A stretch of 64,000 bases of DNA from Alphaproteobacteria bacterium (GCA_965227515.1 CBDDFZ010000001.1:3456001-3520000), one strand, 5' to 3'. Shown: positions 1-11,287, counted from the first letter of the stretch. The notes: generated by a model not told the origin, from the letters alone. Made by a program: numbers and translations.

Positions 1-37
1 CACAAGAATCTGAATTTAATGCATAACTTAGCACGCT

Positions 38-511
38 TTAGCCTTTGTCGCGCATCAGGCGCGCCTTTTGCCGCTGCCAGTCCCGCTCTTTCGTCGTCTC
101 GCGCTTGTCGAACTTCCGCTTGCCGCGCGCTACGCCCAGATTGACCTTCGCAAAGCCCCTGTCGTTGAAGAAGATCGACAACGGCACCAGGGTCACGCCC
201 TCGCGCTGCACCGCGCCGATCAGGCGACCGATCTGGCGCTTGTGCAGCAGCAGTTTGCGCGGCCGGCGGGACTCGTGGTTCAGCCCCTTCGCCGCCTTGC
301 CGTATTCCGGAATGTAAGCGTTGTAGATGACGATCTCGCCGGCCTGCTCGGCGGCGTAGGCGTCGGCCAGGTTGGCCCGGCCGTCGCGCAGCGACTTCAC
401 CTCCGAGCCGGTCAGGACGATGCCCGCTTCCAGCGTGTCGTCGATGAAATAGTCATGCCGCGCCTTGCGGTTTTCCGCCACCGTGCGGTGGGTATGCCGG
501 GGCGCGGCCAT
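38..511 (-). CDS. smpB: SsrA-binding protein SmpB
   Basis: [31 protein letters not shown] and C-terminal [10 protein letters not shown] motifs; conserved position downstream of dapA. Confidence 0.97.
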   Translation of the reverse strand: MAAPRHTHRTVAENRKARHDYFIDDTLEAGIVLTGSEVKSLRDGRANLADAYAAEQAGEIVIYNAYIPEYGKAAKGLNHESRRPRKLLLHKRQIGRLIGAVQREGVTLVPLSIFFNDRGFAKVNLGVARGKRKFDKRETTKERDWQRQKARLMRDKG

Positions 512-548
512 GACTTCGGTACCGTTGCAGAGCCGGAAGCCGTGCCGG

Positions 549-1424
549 TCAGTTGATCAGGCCGGCATGGCGCATGGCGGCACGCACCGCCTCCTGCGTC
601 TCCGGCTGAGTACCGACCAACGGCAGGCGCAGCTCGTCGCTGCACTTGCCGAGCACCGAGGCGCCGAACTTGGCCGGGGCCGGGCTGGATTCGATGAAGA
701 GCGCCTTGTTCAACGGATAGAGCTGGCGGTTCAGGGCCACCGCCTCGTCCGCACGCCCACCCTTCCAGGCATCGTGCATGCGCTTGCACAGCCCCGGCGC
801 CACGTTCGCGGTCACCGAGATGCAGCCATGTCCGCCAGACGCCAGGAATGACAGCGCCGTCGCATCCTCGCCGGACAGTTGGCAGAAGTCCGGCCCGACC
901 AGGTCGTACATCGCCAGCGGGCGCGCCAGATCCTGGGTCGCATCCTTCACGCCCACGATGTTCGGGTGCGCGGCCAGCTTCGCCATCGTGGCCGGCAGGA
1001 TGTCGATCACCGAGCGCGGCGGGATGTTGTAGATCACGATCGGCAGGTCCACCGCATCGGCAATGGCGGTGTAATGCGCCGTCAGACCGGCCTGGGTCGG
1101 CTTGTTGTAGTAAGGCGCCACCACCAGGGCCGCATCGGCGCCCGCCGCCTTGGCGTGCTTCGTCAGCATGATCGCCTCGGCGGTCGAGTTCGAACCGGTC
1201 CCGGCCATCACCGGCACACGGCCCGCGGCCGCCTCGATGCACAGCTCGACGACCCGTTTGTGCTCTTCGTGGGTCAGCGTGGGCGATTCACCGGTGGTGC
1301 CGACCGGCACCAGCCCGTCGGTTCCCTCGGCGATCTGCCACTCCACGAATTGCTGAAACGCGTCTTCGTCGATCCCACCGTCGCGGAACGGCGTGATCAG
1401 CGCAACGAACGACCCGGTGAACAT
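549..1424 (-). CDS. dapA: 4-hydroxy-tetrahydrodipicolinate synthase
   Basis: [35 protein letters not shown]; ATG at 1424 preferred over the TTG at 1439. Confidence 0.96.
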   Translation of the reverse strand: MFTGSFVALITPFRDGGIDEDAFQQFVEWQIAEGTDGLVPVGTTGESPTLTHEEHKRVVELCIEAAAGRVPVMAGTGSNSTAEAIMLTKHAKAAGADAALVVAPYYNKPTQAGLTAHYTAIADAVDLPIVIYNIPPRSVIDILPATMAKLAAHPNIVGVKDATQDLARPLAMYDLVGPDFCQLSGEDATALSFLASGGHGCISVTANVAPGLCKRMHDAWKGGRADEAVALNRQLYPLNKALFIESSPAPAKFGASVLGKCSDELRLPLVGTQPETQEAVRAAMRHAGLIN

Positions 1425-1711
1425 CTTCGTTCGTCCCAATGTTGCTGTGCAGGGTTGAAAGGCCGCGCACCTTAGACGGATGGCGGCGGCGGTTCAACAG
1501 AAGGTGCACGTTGGCGGCGGCGCAAACGGCCCGGCGGATTTCACCGTGCCGGCAAGACCTTCTATAGTCGCGAGAGACCGAGTCGCGATGGCCCGGCGGG
1601 ACATAGTTGCCCGCGGAATGTGGCCATGACGGCGACACCCCTGGGTCGACACCGCGCTTGAAGGGCGTCGCAGGGGCACTTCGGATGCCAGCAAACAGGC
1701 CAGCAGTCAGG

Positions 1712-3724
1712 ATGGATGCCATGTCGATAGCCAAAGCGTTCCGGGCTCAATGGGCGGGGTTGCCCGCCACTGTCGGGGCCATGGCAGTTGCGGTGTGGGC
1801 GTTGGCGCCGGGTGCGCATGCAACCACCCTGAACAGCCAGGACATGGCGACCTACGGCGCCGCGTTCGACGCCATCGACGCCGGCAACCCGGCCAGCGCG
1901 GTCGCCATCGCCCAGAACGGCACCCACCCGACGGCGCAGAAGATCATCCTGTGGCTGGCGCTGGCCGACCGCGATTATGGCGCCGGCTTCCAGGACCTCG
2001 CCGCCTTCATCAGCGCCAATCCGAACTGGCCCCGGCTCGACACCTTGCGGCGCAGGGCCGAGGAAGTCATGGCCAGCGACATGCCCGCCGGCCAAGTGGT
2101 GGCCTGGTTCGCCAGCAATCCCCCGGTTTCCACAGAGGGGCACATCCGGCACATCAACGCCCTGATCGCGACCGGCGCCAGCGATGCGGCAGTCAGTGCC
2201 GCGCGGACGGCCTGGGTCGAGGACGATATGTCGGCCAACCAGCAGACAGCGTTCCTGGCCGCGTTTGCCGGTTACCTGCGCGCGGACGACCACATCGCCA
2301 GGGTGGACCGGTTGCTGTGGGACGAGGAATCGGACCAGGCCCGGCGCATGCTGCCGCTGCTCGACCCGGCACAGGGCGCGTTGGCGAATGCGCGCATTCT
2401 GCTGATGAACCAGTTGCCCGGCGTCGACGACGCGGTCGCCGCGGTGCCGGAGGCGCTGAAGAGCCACCCCGGGCTGATCTACGAGCGGCTGCGCTGGCGG
2501 CGGCGCGCCGGCTTCGACGACAGTGCGCGCGAATTGCTGGATCTGGCGCCCTACAATCCGCCCAGCGAACGAGACTGGTGGGTGGAGCGCAACATCCTGG
2601 TCCGCAATGCGCTGCGCGACGGCATGATCAGCGAGGCCTACCGGCACGCGGCCGCTCACCGGCAGACCGGCGGGGTCTACTACCTGGAGGCGGAGATGAC
2701 TGCCGGGTGGCTGGCGCTCAGCTTCCTGAACGAGCCACAGCCGGCCTACGGCCACTTCCAAAAGCTCTATGCCGCGGCGGAAACGCCAATCAGCCTGGCC
2801 CGCGGCGCCTATTGGTCCGGCCGCGCCCTGGAGGCGCTGGGCGACATCGCCAACGCCAACCAGTGGTACGGCGTCGCGGCGGGATTCCCCCAGGTCTACT
2901 ACGGCCAGCTCGCGCTTGCCCAGCTCAACCCGGATGCGCCGCTGATCCTGCCCGCCGGGCCGTCGCCGCTGGCGCCCAATGACGTCGCCGCGTTCGCCGC
3001 CACCGAGTTCGCGACGGCCGTGCGCGTGCTCGACGACCTTGGCGAGGACCGGCTGGTCGCGACGTTCTTCTGGGCGATGCTGCAGGATGCCGAGACCACC
3101 CGCGACTACCAGCACATCGCCGCGCTGGCCGACGGCATGGGGCGGATCGAGATGGCGGTGTGGGCCGCCCGCCGCGCCGCGCGCAATCTGGACCTGTTGT
3201 ATGAGGGCTACCCTGTGATCGAGGTGCCGTCGTCGGCCGCGGCGGTCGAGATGCCGCTGATCCATGGCCTGATCCGTCAGGAAAGCGGCTTCGATGTCGG
3301 CGCCATCAGCCCGGCTGGTGCGCGCGGCCTGATGCAACTGATGCCCGGCACCGCGCAGCACGTCGCCGCCCAACTCGGCATCGCCACCAGCAACGGGCTG
3401 CTTACGTCCGACGCCGAGCACAACATCCGCCTCGGCTCCACCTATCTGGCCGACCGGCTGGACCAGTTCGGCGGCTCCTACATCATGGCGGCGGCGGGCT
3501 ACAACGCCGGCCCCAACCGGGTGCTGAGCTGGATCGATACCTATGGCGATCCGCGCATGGCCGATGTAGACCCGATCGACTGGGTGGAGATGATCCCGTT
3601 CCGCGAGACCCGCAACTACGTGCAGCGGGTGCTGGAAGGGGCGCAGATCTATCGGGTCCGCCTGGGTGAGGCGCCCACGGCGAGCTCCATCCTGCGCGAC
3701 CTCACGCGTGGCAGGTTCCAATAA
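1712..3724 (+). CDS. slt: Soluble lytic murein transglycosylase (Slt70-like)
   Basis: Signal peptide, helical-repeat N-terminus, SLT motifs IRQES, GARGLMQLMP, AGYNAGP, ETRNYV; exact start uncertain (1712 or 1721). Confidence 0.9.
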   Translation: MDAMSIAKAFRAQWAGLPATVGAMAVAVWALAPGAHATTLNSQDMATYGAAFDAIDAGNPASAVAIAQNGTHPTAQKIILWLALADRDYGAGFQDLAAFISANPNWPRLDTLRRRAEEVMASDMPAGQVVAWFASNPPVSTEGHIRHINALIATGASDAAVSAARTAWVEDDMSANQQTAFLAAFAGYLRADDHIARVDRLLWDEESDQARRMLPLLDPAQGALANARILLMNQLPGVDDAVAAVPEALKSHPGLIYERLRWRRRAGFDDSARELLDLAPYNPPSERDWWVERNILVRNALRDGMISEAYRHAAAHRQTGGVYYLEAEMTAGWLALSFLNEPQPAYGHFQKLYAAAETPISLARGAYWSGRALEALGDIANANQWYGVAAGFPQVYYGQLALAQLNPDAPLILPAGPSPLAPNDVAAFAATEFATAVRVLDDLGEDRLVATFFWAMLQDAETTRDYQHIAALADGMGRIEMAVWAARRAARNLDLLYEGYPVIEVPSSAAAVEMPLIHGLIRQESGFDVGAISPAGARGLMQLMPGTAQHVAAQLGIATSNGLLTSDAEHNIRLGSTYLADRLDQFGGSYIMAAAGYNAGPNRVLSWIDTYGDPRMADVDPIDWVEMIPFRETRNYVQRVLEGAQIYRVRLGEAPTASSILRDLTRGRFQ

Positions 3725-3740
3725 CTGGCATTCGACTTCC

Positions 3741-4991
3741 ATGACCGACTTCCCGATCGAGGCCGTGCGCGCACGGTTTCCCGCCCTGACGTTGCGCGAC
3801 GACGGCGTGCCGCGCATCTATTTCGACAATCCGGCCGGCACCCAGGTGCCCGACATGGTGCTGGACGCCATGCGCGCCGCGATGGTGGAGAAATGCGCCA
3901 ACTTGGGCGGCCCGTTCCGCACCAGCATCGCCGCCGACGCGCTGATGGACGAAGGGCGACGCGCCATGGCGGACATGCTGAACGCTCCCTCGCCCAACAG
4001 CATCGTGTTCGGCCAGAACATGACGTCGCTGACGCTGCATATGTCGCGCTGCCTGGGTCATCGCTTCTCGGCCGGCGACGAGATCGTGCTGTCGCGCATG
4101 GATCACGATGCCAATGTGGCGCCATGGGTGCTGCTGGCCGAGGACCTGGGCCTGACGGTGCGCTGGCTCGACTTCGACCCGGACACCGGCACCTTCCCCG
4201 ACGACGCCATCGGCCGCGTGCTGACGCCGCGCACCAAGCTGGTCGCCGTGGGGCTGGCCAGCAACGTGCTCGGCACCGTCAACGATGCGGCGCGCATCAC
4301 GGCGGCGGCGAAGGATGCCGGCGCGCTGGTCTACATCGACGCGGTGCAGTTCGCGCCGCACCGGCCCGTCGACGTCGCCGCGCTGGGGTGCGACTTCCTG
4401 GTCTGCTCGGCCTACAAGTTCTTCGGGCCCCATGTCGGTGTGCTGTGGGGGCGCGAGGACCTGCTGAACGAGACCTTCGCCTACAAGGTGCGGCCGGCCG
4501 GCAGCCGTGCGCCGGAACGCTTCGAGACCGGGACCCAAAACCACGAGGGCATCGCCGGCGTCACCGCCGCCGTCGACTACCTGGCCTGGCTGGGCGAGCG
4601 GACCGGCACGGATGGCGGGGACCGCCGCCATCGGCTGGTCGCGGGGCTTGCCGCCGCCACCGGCCACGAGGACGGATTGGCGCTGCGGCTGATGGACGGT
4701 GTGCGCGATATCCCGGGCACCACCATCCATGGCGTCGCCAGCGCGAACGCCATCCATCTGCGGGTGCCGACGGTCTCGATCACCATCGAGGGCCACCACC
4801 CGACCGACCTCGCCAACGCGCTCGCCGACGCCAACATCTTCACCTGGAACGGCCATTCCTATGGCGTGGAGCCGGTGAAGCGCCTCGGCCTGCTGGAGTC
4901 TGGTGGCGTGCTGCGCATCGGCCTTGCCCACTACAACACCGCCGCCGAGGTCGACCGCTGCCTTGAGGTGCTGCACGAGATCGCCGGATGA
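3741..4991 (+). CDS. Cysteine desulfurase-like class V PLP aminotransferase
   Basis: YFDNPAGTQ, DHDAN, DAVQ, SAYKFFGP (PLP lysine), FETGT, HYNT. Confidence 0.85.
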   Translation: MTDFPIEAVRARFPALTLRDDGVPRIYFDNPAGTQVPDMVLDAMRAAMVEKCANLGGPFRTSIAADALMDEGRRAMADMLNAPSPNSIVFGQNMTSLTLHMSRCLGHRFSAGDEIVLSRMDHDANVAPWVLLAEDLGLTVRWLDFDPDTGTFPDDAIGRVLTPRTKLVAVGLASNVLGTVNDAARITAAAKDAGALVYIDAVQFAPHRPVDVAALGCDFLVCSAYKFFGPHVGVLWGREDLLNETFAYKVRPAGSRAPERFETGTQNHEGIAGVTAAVDYLAWLGERTGTDGGDRRHRLVAGLAAATGHEDGLALRLMDGVRDIPGTTIHGVASANAIHLRVPTVSITIEGHHPTDLANALADANIFTWNGHSYGVEPVKRLGLLESGGVLRIGLAHYNTAAEVDRCLEVLHEIAG

Positions 4992-5995
4992 ACGAGATGG
5001 CCCCAGTCTCGGCGGTGCCACCAGTCACCATCGCCGACATCGAGGCGGCGGCGGCGCGCCTGGACGGCCATGCGGTCCGCACGCCCTTGCTGGAGATGCG
5101 CGCGCTGGGCGACCGGCTGGGTGCCCGGGTGCTGGTGAAGCCGGAGCCGCTGCAGCGCACCGGGTCGTTCAAGTTCCGGGGAGCTTTCAACCGCTGCCAG
5201 TTGATCCCGGCGGCAGACCGGGCGCGCGGCGTGGTCGCGTTCTCGTCCGGCAATCACGCACAGGGCGTGGCGGCCTCGGCCAACATCATGGGCATGCCGG
5301 CGACTATCGTGATGCCGGCCGACGCGCCGGCCATCAAACGCGCCAACACAATAGCGCTCGGCGCCGAAGTGGTCGACTACGACCGCGCCGCCGACAACCG
5401 CGAGGCCATTGCGGCGGATATCATCGCGCGAACCGGCGCCACCCTGATCCGACCCTATGACGACCCCGGCATCATCGCCGGCCAGGGCACGGTGGGGCTG
5501 GAGATCGCGCAAGGCTGCCAGGCGCGCGGCATCGTGCCGGATATCGCGGTGACGCCGGTGGGCGGCGGCGGTCTCATCGCCGGCACCGCCACCGCGCTGA
5601 CCGCGCTGGTGCCCGGCATCCAGGTCCTTGGCGCAGAGCCGGCGGGCTATGACGATACCGCACGCTCGCTGGCCGCCGGCGAGCGGGTGGCCAACGACAT
5701 GACCGGACAGTCGTTCTGCGATGCCCTGCTGGCGCGCACCCCCGGCGAGCTGACGTTCTCGATCAATCGCCGGCTGCTGGCCGGCGGTCGCGCGGTGACC
5801 GATGCGCAGGTGGCAACCGCCATGCGCGAGGCGTTCGAGACCCTGAAGATCGTCGTCGAGCCCGGCGGCGCGGTGGCACTGGCGGCCCTGCTGGCTGGCT
5901 ATGTGGACTGCCGCGGCAAGACGGTCGTGGTGGTGTTGTCGGGCGGCAATGTCGACCGCGAGATCTATGCGGAGGTTCTGGCCGGCGTGAGATAA
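4988..5995 (+). CDS. Threonine/serine dehydratase family PLP enzyme without a regulatory domain
   Basis: LQRTGSFKFRGA, SSGNHAQG, GGGGL, VEPGGA, LSGGNVD; ATGA overlap with the upstream gene. Confidence 0.88.
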   Translation: MNEMAPVSAVPPVTIADIEAAAARLDGHAVRTPLLEMRALGDRLGARVLVKPEPLQRTGSFKFRGAFNRCQLIPAADRARGVVAFSSGNHAQGVAASANIMGMPATIVMPADAPAIKRANTIALGAEVVDYDRAADNREAIAADIIARTGATLIRPYDDPGIIAGQGTVGLEIAQGCQARGIVPDIAVTPVGGGGLIAGTATALTALVPGIQVLGAEPAGYDDTARSLAAGERVANDMTGQSFCDALLARTPGELTFSINRRLLAGGRAVTDAQVATAMREAFETLKIVVEPGGAVALAALLAGYVDCRGKTVVVVLSGGNVDREIYAEVLAGVR

Positions 5996-6187
5996 CGGCC
6001 CGATCGCGTTTCAACACTGGGGCCTGTGTTTTTCATCACACCCCCTGCCCGGTTTGCGGCACAATTGCCGCGCCACCGTCGCAATCGCATCCCACCTGTT
6101 GGCGGTCACAAAAGCGGTCGTACCCTTCCGGCGGGCCGCATGTTCCAGGTCGACACCTCTCCACGCGGCTCACAATGGAGGCCACTC

Positions 6188-6391
6188 ATGTCCAACACGA
6201 CCCGTTCGATTTCCGCCCAGCCCCGCACTCGCCTGGCGCTGGCCGGCCTGTCGCTGGTGCTGCTCGGTGCCGTTGCCGGCTGCGGCACGACCGCGACCCC
6301 CGGCATCACCGTGGACCAGTGCACCCAGAACGGCGGCACCTGGGTGGCCGATCCGTCCAGCCCCTACGGCTACGGCACCTGCACCGAGTAG
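6188..6391 (+). CDS. Small (67 aa) lipoprotein with two further cysteines
   Basis: GGAGG RBS before ATG 6188; hydrophobic stretch plus lipobox VAG-C; mature part contains CTQNGG...YGTC. Confidence 0.7.
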   Translation: MSNTTRSISAQPRTRLALAGLSLVLLGAVAGCGTTATPGITVDQCTQNGGTWVADPSSPYGYGTCTE

Positions 6392-6399
6392 GTTGAGGC

Positions 6400-8139
6400 T
6401 CAAGACCCGCCGTTGCGACCGTGCCCCGGGCGGGCGCGGTCCATGGCGCGGGTGAGCAGGATCACCGGCAGCAGCCCGAACAGCACGATGGCGAGGCCGA
6501 AGCCCGACGCCTCGTCCAGCCGCTGGTCGGACGCGAGGCGGTAGGTCTGAACCGCCAGCGTATCGAAGTTGAACGGCCGCACGATCAAGGTGGCCGGCAG
6601 TTCCTTCATCACATCCACGAACACCAGGATCGCGGCGGTCAGCACGCCGCCCAGCACCATCGGCACGTGCACCCGGCGCAGCGCGGAGAGCGGACCGCAG
6701 CCGAGCGTGCGCGCTGCCCCGTCGATGCTGGGGCGCACCTTCTTCAGGCTTGAATCGATCGGGTTGACGGCGACCGCCAGGAACCGCACCAGATAGGCGA
6801 ACACCAGCGCCGCAATGGTGCCGGTCAGCAGCAGGCCGGTGTCGATGCCGAACCAGCGCTCCGCCAGGGCATCGACCGCGTTGTCGAGCGCCGCCAGCGG
6901 CACCAGGATGCCAATGGCGATCACCGACCCCGGCACCGCGTAGCCCAACGTCGCGACGCTGGTCGCCGGCGGCACCACCCCGCGCGGGCGCAAGCGCTTC
7001 GCGTAGCACAGCACCAGTGCCAGCACGACACCGACAGCGGCGGCCGTCCCCGCCAGGATCAGGCTGTTGCCGGCCGAGGCCAGGAACTTGGTGCCGAAGC
7101 TGGTCGACGGCTCAGCGAGCGCCCGTACCGCAAGGTCGATGGCCGGTATGGCAAACCCCAGGCACACCGGAATGGCGCAGGCCAGCGTGGCCGCGATGCG
7201 CTTGCCACCGGTCAATTCATGCCGGGCCTGGCTGCGATAGCGGTTGGTGGCATGGTGGTACTTGGCGAAGCCGCGGGTCCAGCGCTCCAGCGCGATCAGG
7301 CAGAACACGAACACCAGCAGCACGGCGGCCAGTTGCATCGCCGCGACCACGTCGCCCAGGCCGAACCAGGTGCGGTAGATGCCCGTCGTGAACGTCTGCA
7401 CCCCGAAGAAGTCGACCGTGCCGAAGTCGTTCAGGGTCTCCATCAGCGCCAGCGCCGTACCGCCGGCAATCGCCGGGCGCGCCAGCGGAAGTCCGACCCG
7501 GCGGAAGGCACCCCACGGCCCGCAGCCAAGCGTGCGGCTGACCTCCAGCACGCACACGCATTGCTGGCTGAGTGCCGCCCGTGTCATCAGGTAGACGTAT
7601 GGATAAAGCGCCAGAGTGAGCATGATGACCGCGCCCGGTAGCGACCGGATCTCCGGGAACCAGTACTCGCGCTTTGTCGTCCAGCCGAACACGTCGCGCA
7701 GGGCCGATTGCACCGGGCCGCTGTAGTCCAGCATGTCGGTGTAGACGTAGGCCAGCAGATAGGCCGGCAGGGCCAATGGCAATAGCAGTGCCCATTCCAG
7801 CAGCCGGCGGCCGGGAAACCGGCACGTGGTGACCAGCCAGGCGGTGCCGGCGCCGATGGCGACGACGCCGAACCCCACCCCCACCATCAACAGAAGCGAG
7901 TTGACGACGTAGATCGCGAGATTGGTCTCGACGAGATGCTGCCACGCGGTGCCGTCGGACTGGCCGACATTTCCGATGACGGTGAGGATCGGGATCGAGA
8001 TCAGGACCGCAATGGCGATGGCCGCGATGGTCCAGCCATCCAGCCCGCGCAACCTGTCGCGCACGCGCCGGCGCGGCACATCGGGATGCGGAGGCTTGGC
8101 GGCGGCGCCCTCCGGCAGGGCCGTCGGCCCCGCGATCAT
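6400..8139 (-). CDS. fbpB: Fe3+ ABC transporter permease (FbpB/SfuB family)
   Basis: Two tandem permease domains, FPGRR, LPLALPAY, MKELPAT; candidate Fur box upstream. Confidence 0.85.
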   Translation of the reverse strand: MIAGPTALPEGAAAKPPHPDVPRRRVRDRLRGLDGWTIAAIAIAVLISIPILTVIGNVGQSDGTAWQHLVETNLAIYVVNSLLLMVGVGFGVVAIGAGTAWLVTTCRFPGRRLLEWALLLPLALPAYLLAYVYTDMLDYSGPVQSALRDVFGWTTKREYWFPEIRSLPGAVIMLTLALYPYVYLMTRAALSQQCVCVLEVSRTLGCGPWGAFRRVGLPLARPAIAGGTALALMETLNDFGTVDFFGVQTFTTGIYRTWFGLGDVVAAMQLAAVLLVFVFCLIALERWTRGFAKYHHATNRYRSQARHELTGGKRIAATLACAIPVCLGFAIPAIDLAVRALAEPSTSFGTKFLASAGNSLILAGTAAAVGVVLALVLCYAKRLRPRGVVPPATSVATLGYAVPGSVIAIGILVPLAALDNAVDALAERWFGIDTGLLLTGTIAALVFAYLVRFLAVAVNPIDSSLKKVRPSIDGAARTLGCGPLSALRRVHVPMVLGGVLTAAILVFVDVMKELPATLIVRPFNFDTLAVQTYRLASDQRLDEASGFGLAIVLFGLLPVILLTRAMDRARPGHGRNGGS

Positions 8140-8246
8140 GCTCGTCTCAGACAATCCGTTTCCCGCAGCGCCCCTGTTGCCGGGCCGCACCCTGTCAGCC
8201 CGGTCACGGCACCTGCCCTGTATATCGAGGGCGTGCCGCTCAACTA

Positions 8247-8265
8247 ATTGCGACTAACTCTCATT
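8247..8265. promoter_or_regulatory. Candidate alphaproteobacterial Fur-type operator
   Basis: 19-bp imperfect 9-1-9 palindrome ATTGCGACT-A-ACTCTCATT about 110 bp upstream of the iron permease start. Confidence 0.55.
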
Positions 8266-8430
8266 CGCGAATGTAGGGCGGGATACACGGGTTGCGCAAG
8301 CGCCATAACGACACAGGCGCTACGTGGCGCGCCCCAGCAGGCGCGCTGGTCAGAAACAGGGGATGCGAAGTCCCGCCGGCCCCGGATCGCGCCCGATAGG
8401 CGTCAACGTCCCGGGGACAGCGGGCAAACG

Positions 8431-8967
8431 TCAGCGCGGCGCCACCACCATGGCCATCTGGCGGCCTTCCAGGCGGGGCATCTGCTCCACCTTGGCCAGC
8501 TCGTCCAGATCGTCGCGAACCCGGTTCAGTACCTTGAGACCCAGTTCCTGGTGCGCCATCTCGCGTCCGCGAAAGCGCATGGTGATCTTCACCTTGTCGC
8601 CTTCATGCAGGAAGCCGAACATCTTCTTCATCTTCACGTCATAGTCGTGACTGTCGATGTTCGGGCGCATCTTGATTTCTTTGACGGTGATCTGCTTCTG
8701 CTTCTTGCGGGCCTCGTTCTTGCGCTTCTGATCCTCGTACTTGAACTTGCCATAGTCGAGAATCTTGCACACTGGCGGGCTCGCATTGGGCGAGACCATC
8801 ACCAGGTCGAGCCCGGCATCCTCGGCCAGCCGCAATGCGGCATCGCGGCCGAACACGCCCAGCATTTCACCATCGGCACCGACGACGCGAACTTCGCGCG
8901 CATCGATCGTCTCATTGACCGGCGGTCCGTCACGGACCGGATTCAGGTCGATTGCTGGCCTAGCGAT
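8431..8967 (-). CDS. infC: Translation initiation factor IF-3 with non-canonical ATC start
   Basis: [31 protein letters not shown]. The frame extends upstream of the called ATG to ATC at 8967, preceded by an in-frame TAG and an AGGAG RBS 8 nt upstream. Confidence 0.95.
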   Translation of the reverse strand: MARPAIDLNPVRDGPPVNETIDAREVRVVGADGEMLGVFGRDAALRLAEDAGLDLVMVSPNASPPVCKILDYGKFKYEDQKRKNEARKKQKQITVKEIKMRPNIDSHDYDVKMKKMFGFLHEGDKVKITMRFRGREMAHQELGLKVLNRVRDDLDELAKVEQMPRLEGRQMAMVVAPR

Positions 8968-9085
8968 CTATGTATCTCCTCTATCGCCTCGCATTTCCGT
9001 GCCGGATAAAGCCTGCGACGATGACGCGATATCCGCGCGACCGCCGCCCGGGCACAACCTCGACACACGTACGGGCCGGCCCCTT

Positions 9086-11050
9086 TTACGCGGGGGCACG
9101 ACCCTCAGTCTTTAGTCTATCAATGGCATCGGCAAGTGCAAGCACTTCCTGGGACTTGCCGCCCAAATGACGAAGCGCCACGGTTCCTTCGTCCGCCTCG
9201 CGCCGGCCCACGACAGCCATCACAGGCACTTTGGCATGACTGTGTTCACGGACCTTGTAGTTGATCTTTTCGTTGCGCAGGTCGGTTTCGACCCGCAGGC
9301 CCGCGTCGGTCAGCTTCTGTGCGACTTCGGCGGCGTAGTCGTCGGCATCGCTGACGATGGTGGCCACCACCACCTGCGTCGGCGACAGCCACATCGGCAT
9401 GCGGCCGGCATAGTGCTCGATCATCACGCCGATGAAGCGCTCGAACGAGCCCAGGATCGCGCGGTGCAGCATCACCGGACGGTGCTTCTCGCCGTCTTCG
9501 CCGACATAGGTGGCGTCCAGACGCTCGGGCAGCACGAAGTCGGCCTGCAGGGTGCCGCACTGCCACTCGCGGCCGATGGCATCGCGCAGCACGAACTCCA
9601 GCTTCGGGCCGTAGAACGCGCCCTCGCCCGGGTTGAACTCCAGCGGCGTGCCCGTGGCCTTGGTCGCGGCGAGCAGCGCCTGCTCGGCCTTGTCCCAGAT
9701 CGCATCCGATCCGCTGCGCCGTTCCGGGCGGTCGGCGAACTTCACCACCACGTCGTCGAAGCCGAAGTCGCCGTAGATCGACATCAACAGGTCGATGAAC
9801 TCGCGCGTCTCGCCCTCGATCTGATCCTCGGTGCAGAAGATGTGGGCATCGTCCTGGGTGAAGGCGCGCACCCGCATCAGGCCGTGCAACGCGCCAGACG
9901 GCTCATAGCGGTGGCAGGAGCCGAACTCGGCTAGCCGGAGCGGCAGGTCGCGATAGCTGCGGATGCCCTGGCGGAAGATCTGCACATGGCCGGGGCAGTT
10001 CATCGGCTTCAGCGCCAGTGTCCGCTTGGACTGGTCGTGCGCCTCCCCGTCCAGGCCGTGGGCGGCGTGGCCGGCGGCCTCGTCCACCTCGGCGATGAAC
10101 ATATGCTCCTGGAACTTCTCCCAGTGGCCCGAGCGCTCCCACAAGGTGCGGTCGACCAGCTGCGGCGTCTTCACCTCGTTGTAGCCGGCCTTGGTCAGCC
10201 GGCGGCGGATGTAGTCCTCGCAGGCGCGATAGAGCGTCCAGCCCTTGGGGTGCCAGAAGATCGAGCCCACCGCCTCTTCCTGGAAATGGAACAGGCCCAT
10301 CTCGCGGCCGAGCTTGCGGTGATCGCGGCGCTCGGCCTCCTCCAGGCGCATGAGGTACGCCTTCAGCTCCTTCTCGGTCCGCCAGCAGGTGCCATAGATG
10401 CGCTGGAGCTGGGCGTTGGCCTGGTCGCCGCGCCAATACGCGCCGGAGACGCGCAACAGCTTGAATGCCTTGCCGAGCTTGCCGGTGGACGGCAGGTGCG
10501 GGCCGACACAGAGGTCCAGCCAATTGCCCTGGCGGTAGATGCTGATGTCCTCATCCGCCGGCAGCTCGCCGACCCACTCGGCCTTGAAGCTCTCGCCGGC
10601 CTCGCTGAAGTGCTTTACCGCATCCTCGCGGTCCCACACTTCGCGCGTGATCTCCTCATTGCGGTCGACGATCTCGCGCATGCGTTGCTCGATCGCCTCG
10701 AAATCCTCCGGCGAGAAGGTGTCGTTGCGCGCGAAGTCGTAATAGAAGCCGTCTTCCGTCGCCGGGCCGAAGGTGATCTGGGTGCCGGGAAACAGCTCCT
10801 GCACCGCCTCGGCCAGCACGTGGGCGCAGTCGTGACGCAGTAGTTCCAGCGCGTCCTCGTGGTCGCGGGTGACGATTTCCACGGTCGCGTCGCGGGTCAG
10901 CAGGGTCGAGAGGTCGGCGAGCTTGCCGTCTATCTTGATTGCCAGGGCGGCCTTGGCCAAGCCAGGCCCGATGTCCGCCGCCAGGTCCTGTCCACTGACC
11001 GGCTGCGGGAACTGCCGGACCGAACCGTCCGGCAGGCTGATTGCGACCAT
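9086..11050 (-). CDS. thrS: Threonine--tRNA ligase
   Basis: [51 protein letters not shown]. Confidence 0.97.
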   Translation of the reverse strand: MVAISLPDGSVRQFPQPVSGQDLAADIGPGLAKAALAIKIDGKLADLSTLLTRDATVEIVTRDHEDALELLRHDCAHVLAEAVQELFPGTQITFGPATEDGFYYDFARNDTFSPEDFEAIEQRMREIVDRNEEITREVWDREDAVKHFSEAGESFKAEWVGELPADEDISIYRQGNWLDLCVGPHLPSTGKLGKAFKLLRVSGAYWRGDQANAQLQRIYGTCWRTEKELKAYLMRLEEAERRDHRKLGREMGLFHFQEEAVGSIFWHPKGWTLYRACEDYIRRRLTKAGYNEVKTPQLVDRTLWERSGHWEKFQEHMFIAEVDEAAGHAAHGLDGEAHDQSKRTLALKPMNCPGHVQIFRQGIRSYRDLPLRLAEFGSCHRYEPSGALHGLMRVRAFTQDDAHIFCTEDQIEGETREFIDLLMSIYGDFGFDDVVVKFADRPERRSGSDAIWDKAEQALLAATKATGTPLEFNPGEGAFYGPKLEFVLRDAIGREWQCGTLQADFVLPERLDATYVGEDGEKHRPVMLHRAILGSFERFIGVMIEHYAGRMPMWLSPTQVVVATIVSDADDYAAEVAQKLTDAGLRVETDLRNEKINYKVREHSHAKVPVMAVVGRREADEGTVALRHLGGKSQEVLALADAIDRLKTEGRAPA

Positions 11051-11287
11051 GGGTAGAATTCTCTGTGTGATAGGTTGGGGAGACGCGTCACCATTGGCGC
11101 GCCGGTGCGATGATTTAGTGGCCTGGGGCCGAATGCGCAACCGGCGCCATCGGGCCGGCCGCCGCACCGTTTCGCATTGTGATCGGATTCCGTATCGGAA
11201 TTGGCGTAAATACCGCGTTCATTTAACCATTAATCAAGCGATCGGGCGGCAGCTTGCCGGCAATGCCCTCAGAAGGAGGATTGCATC

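Noticed and set aside
1-550. tmRNA next to smpB
   Set aside because: No tRNA-like ends or tag frame seen; no room within the window
1562-3817. Long antisense ORFs (this one, 16157-18253, 29600-31234, 33612-35156 and others)
   Set aside because: Shadow frames of real genes in high-GC DNA, with no recognisable motifs
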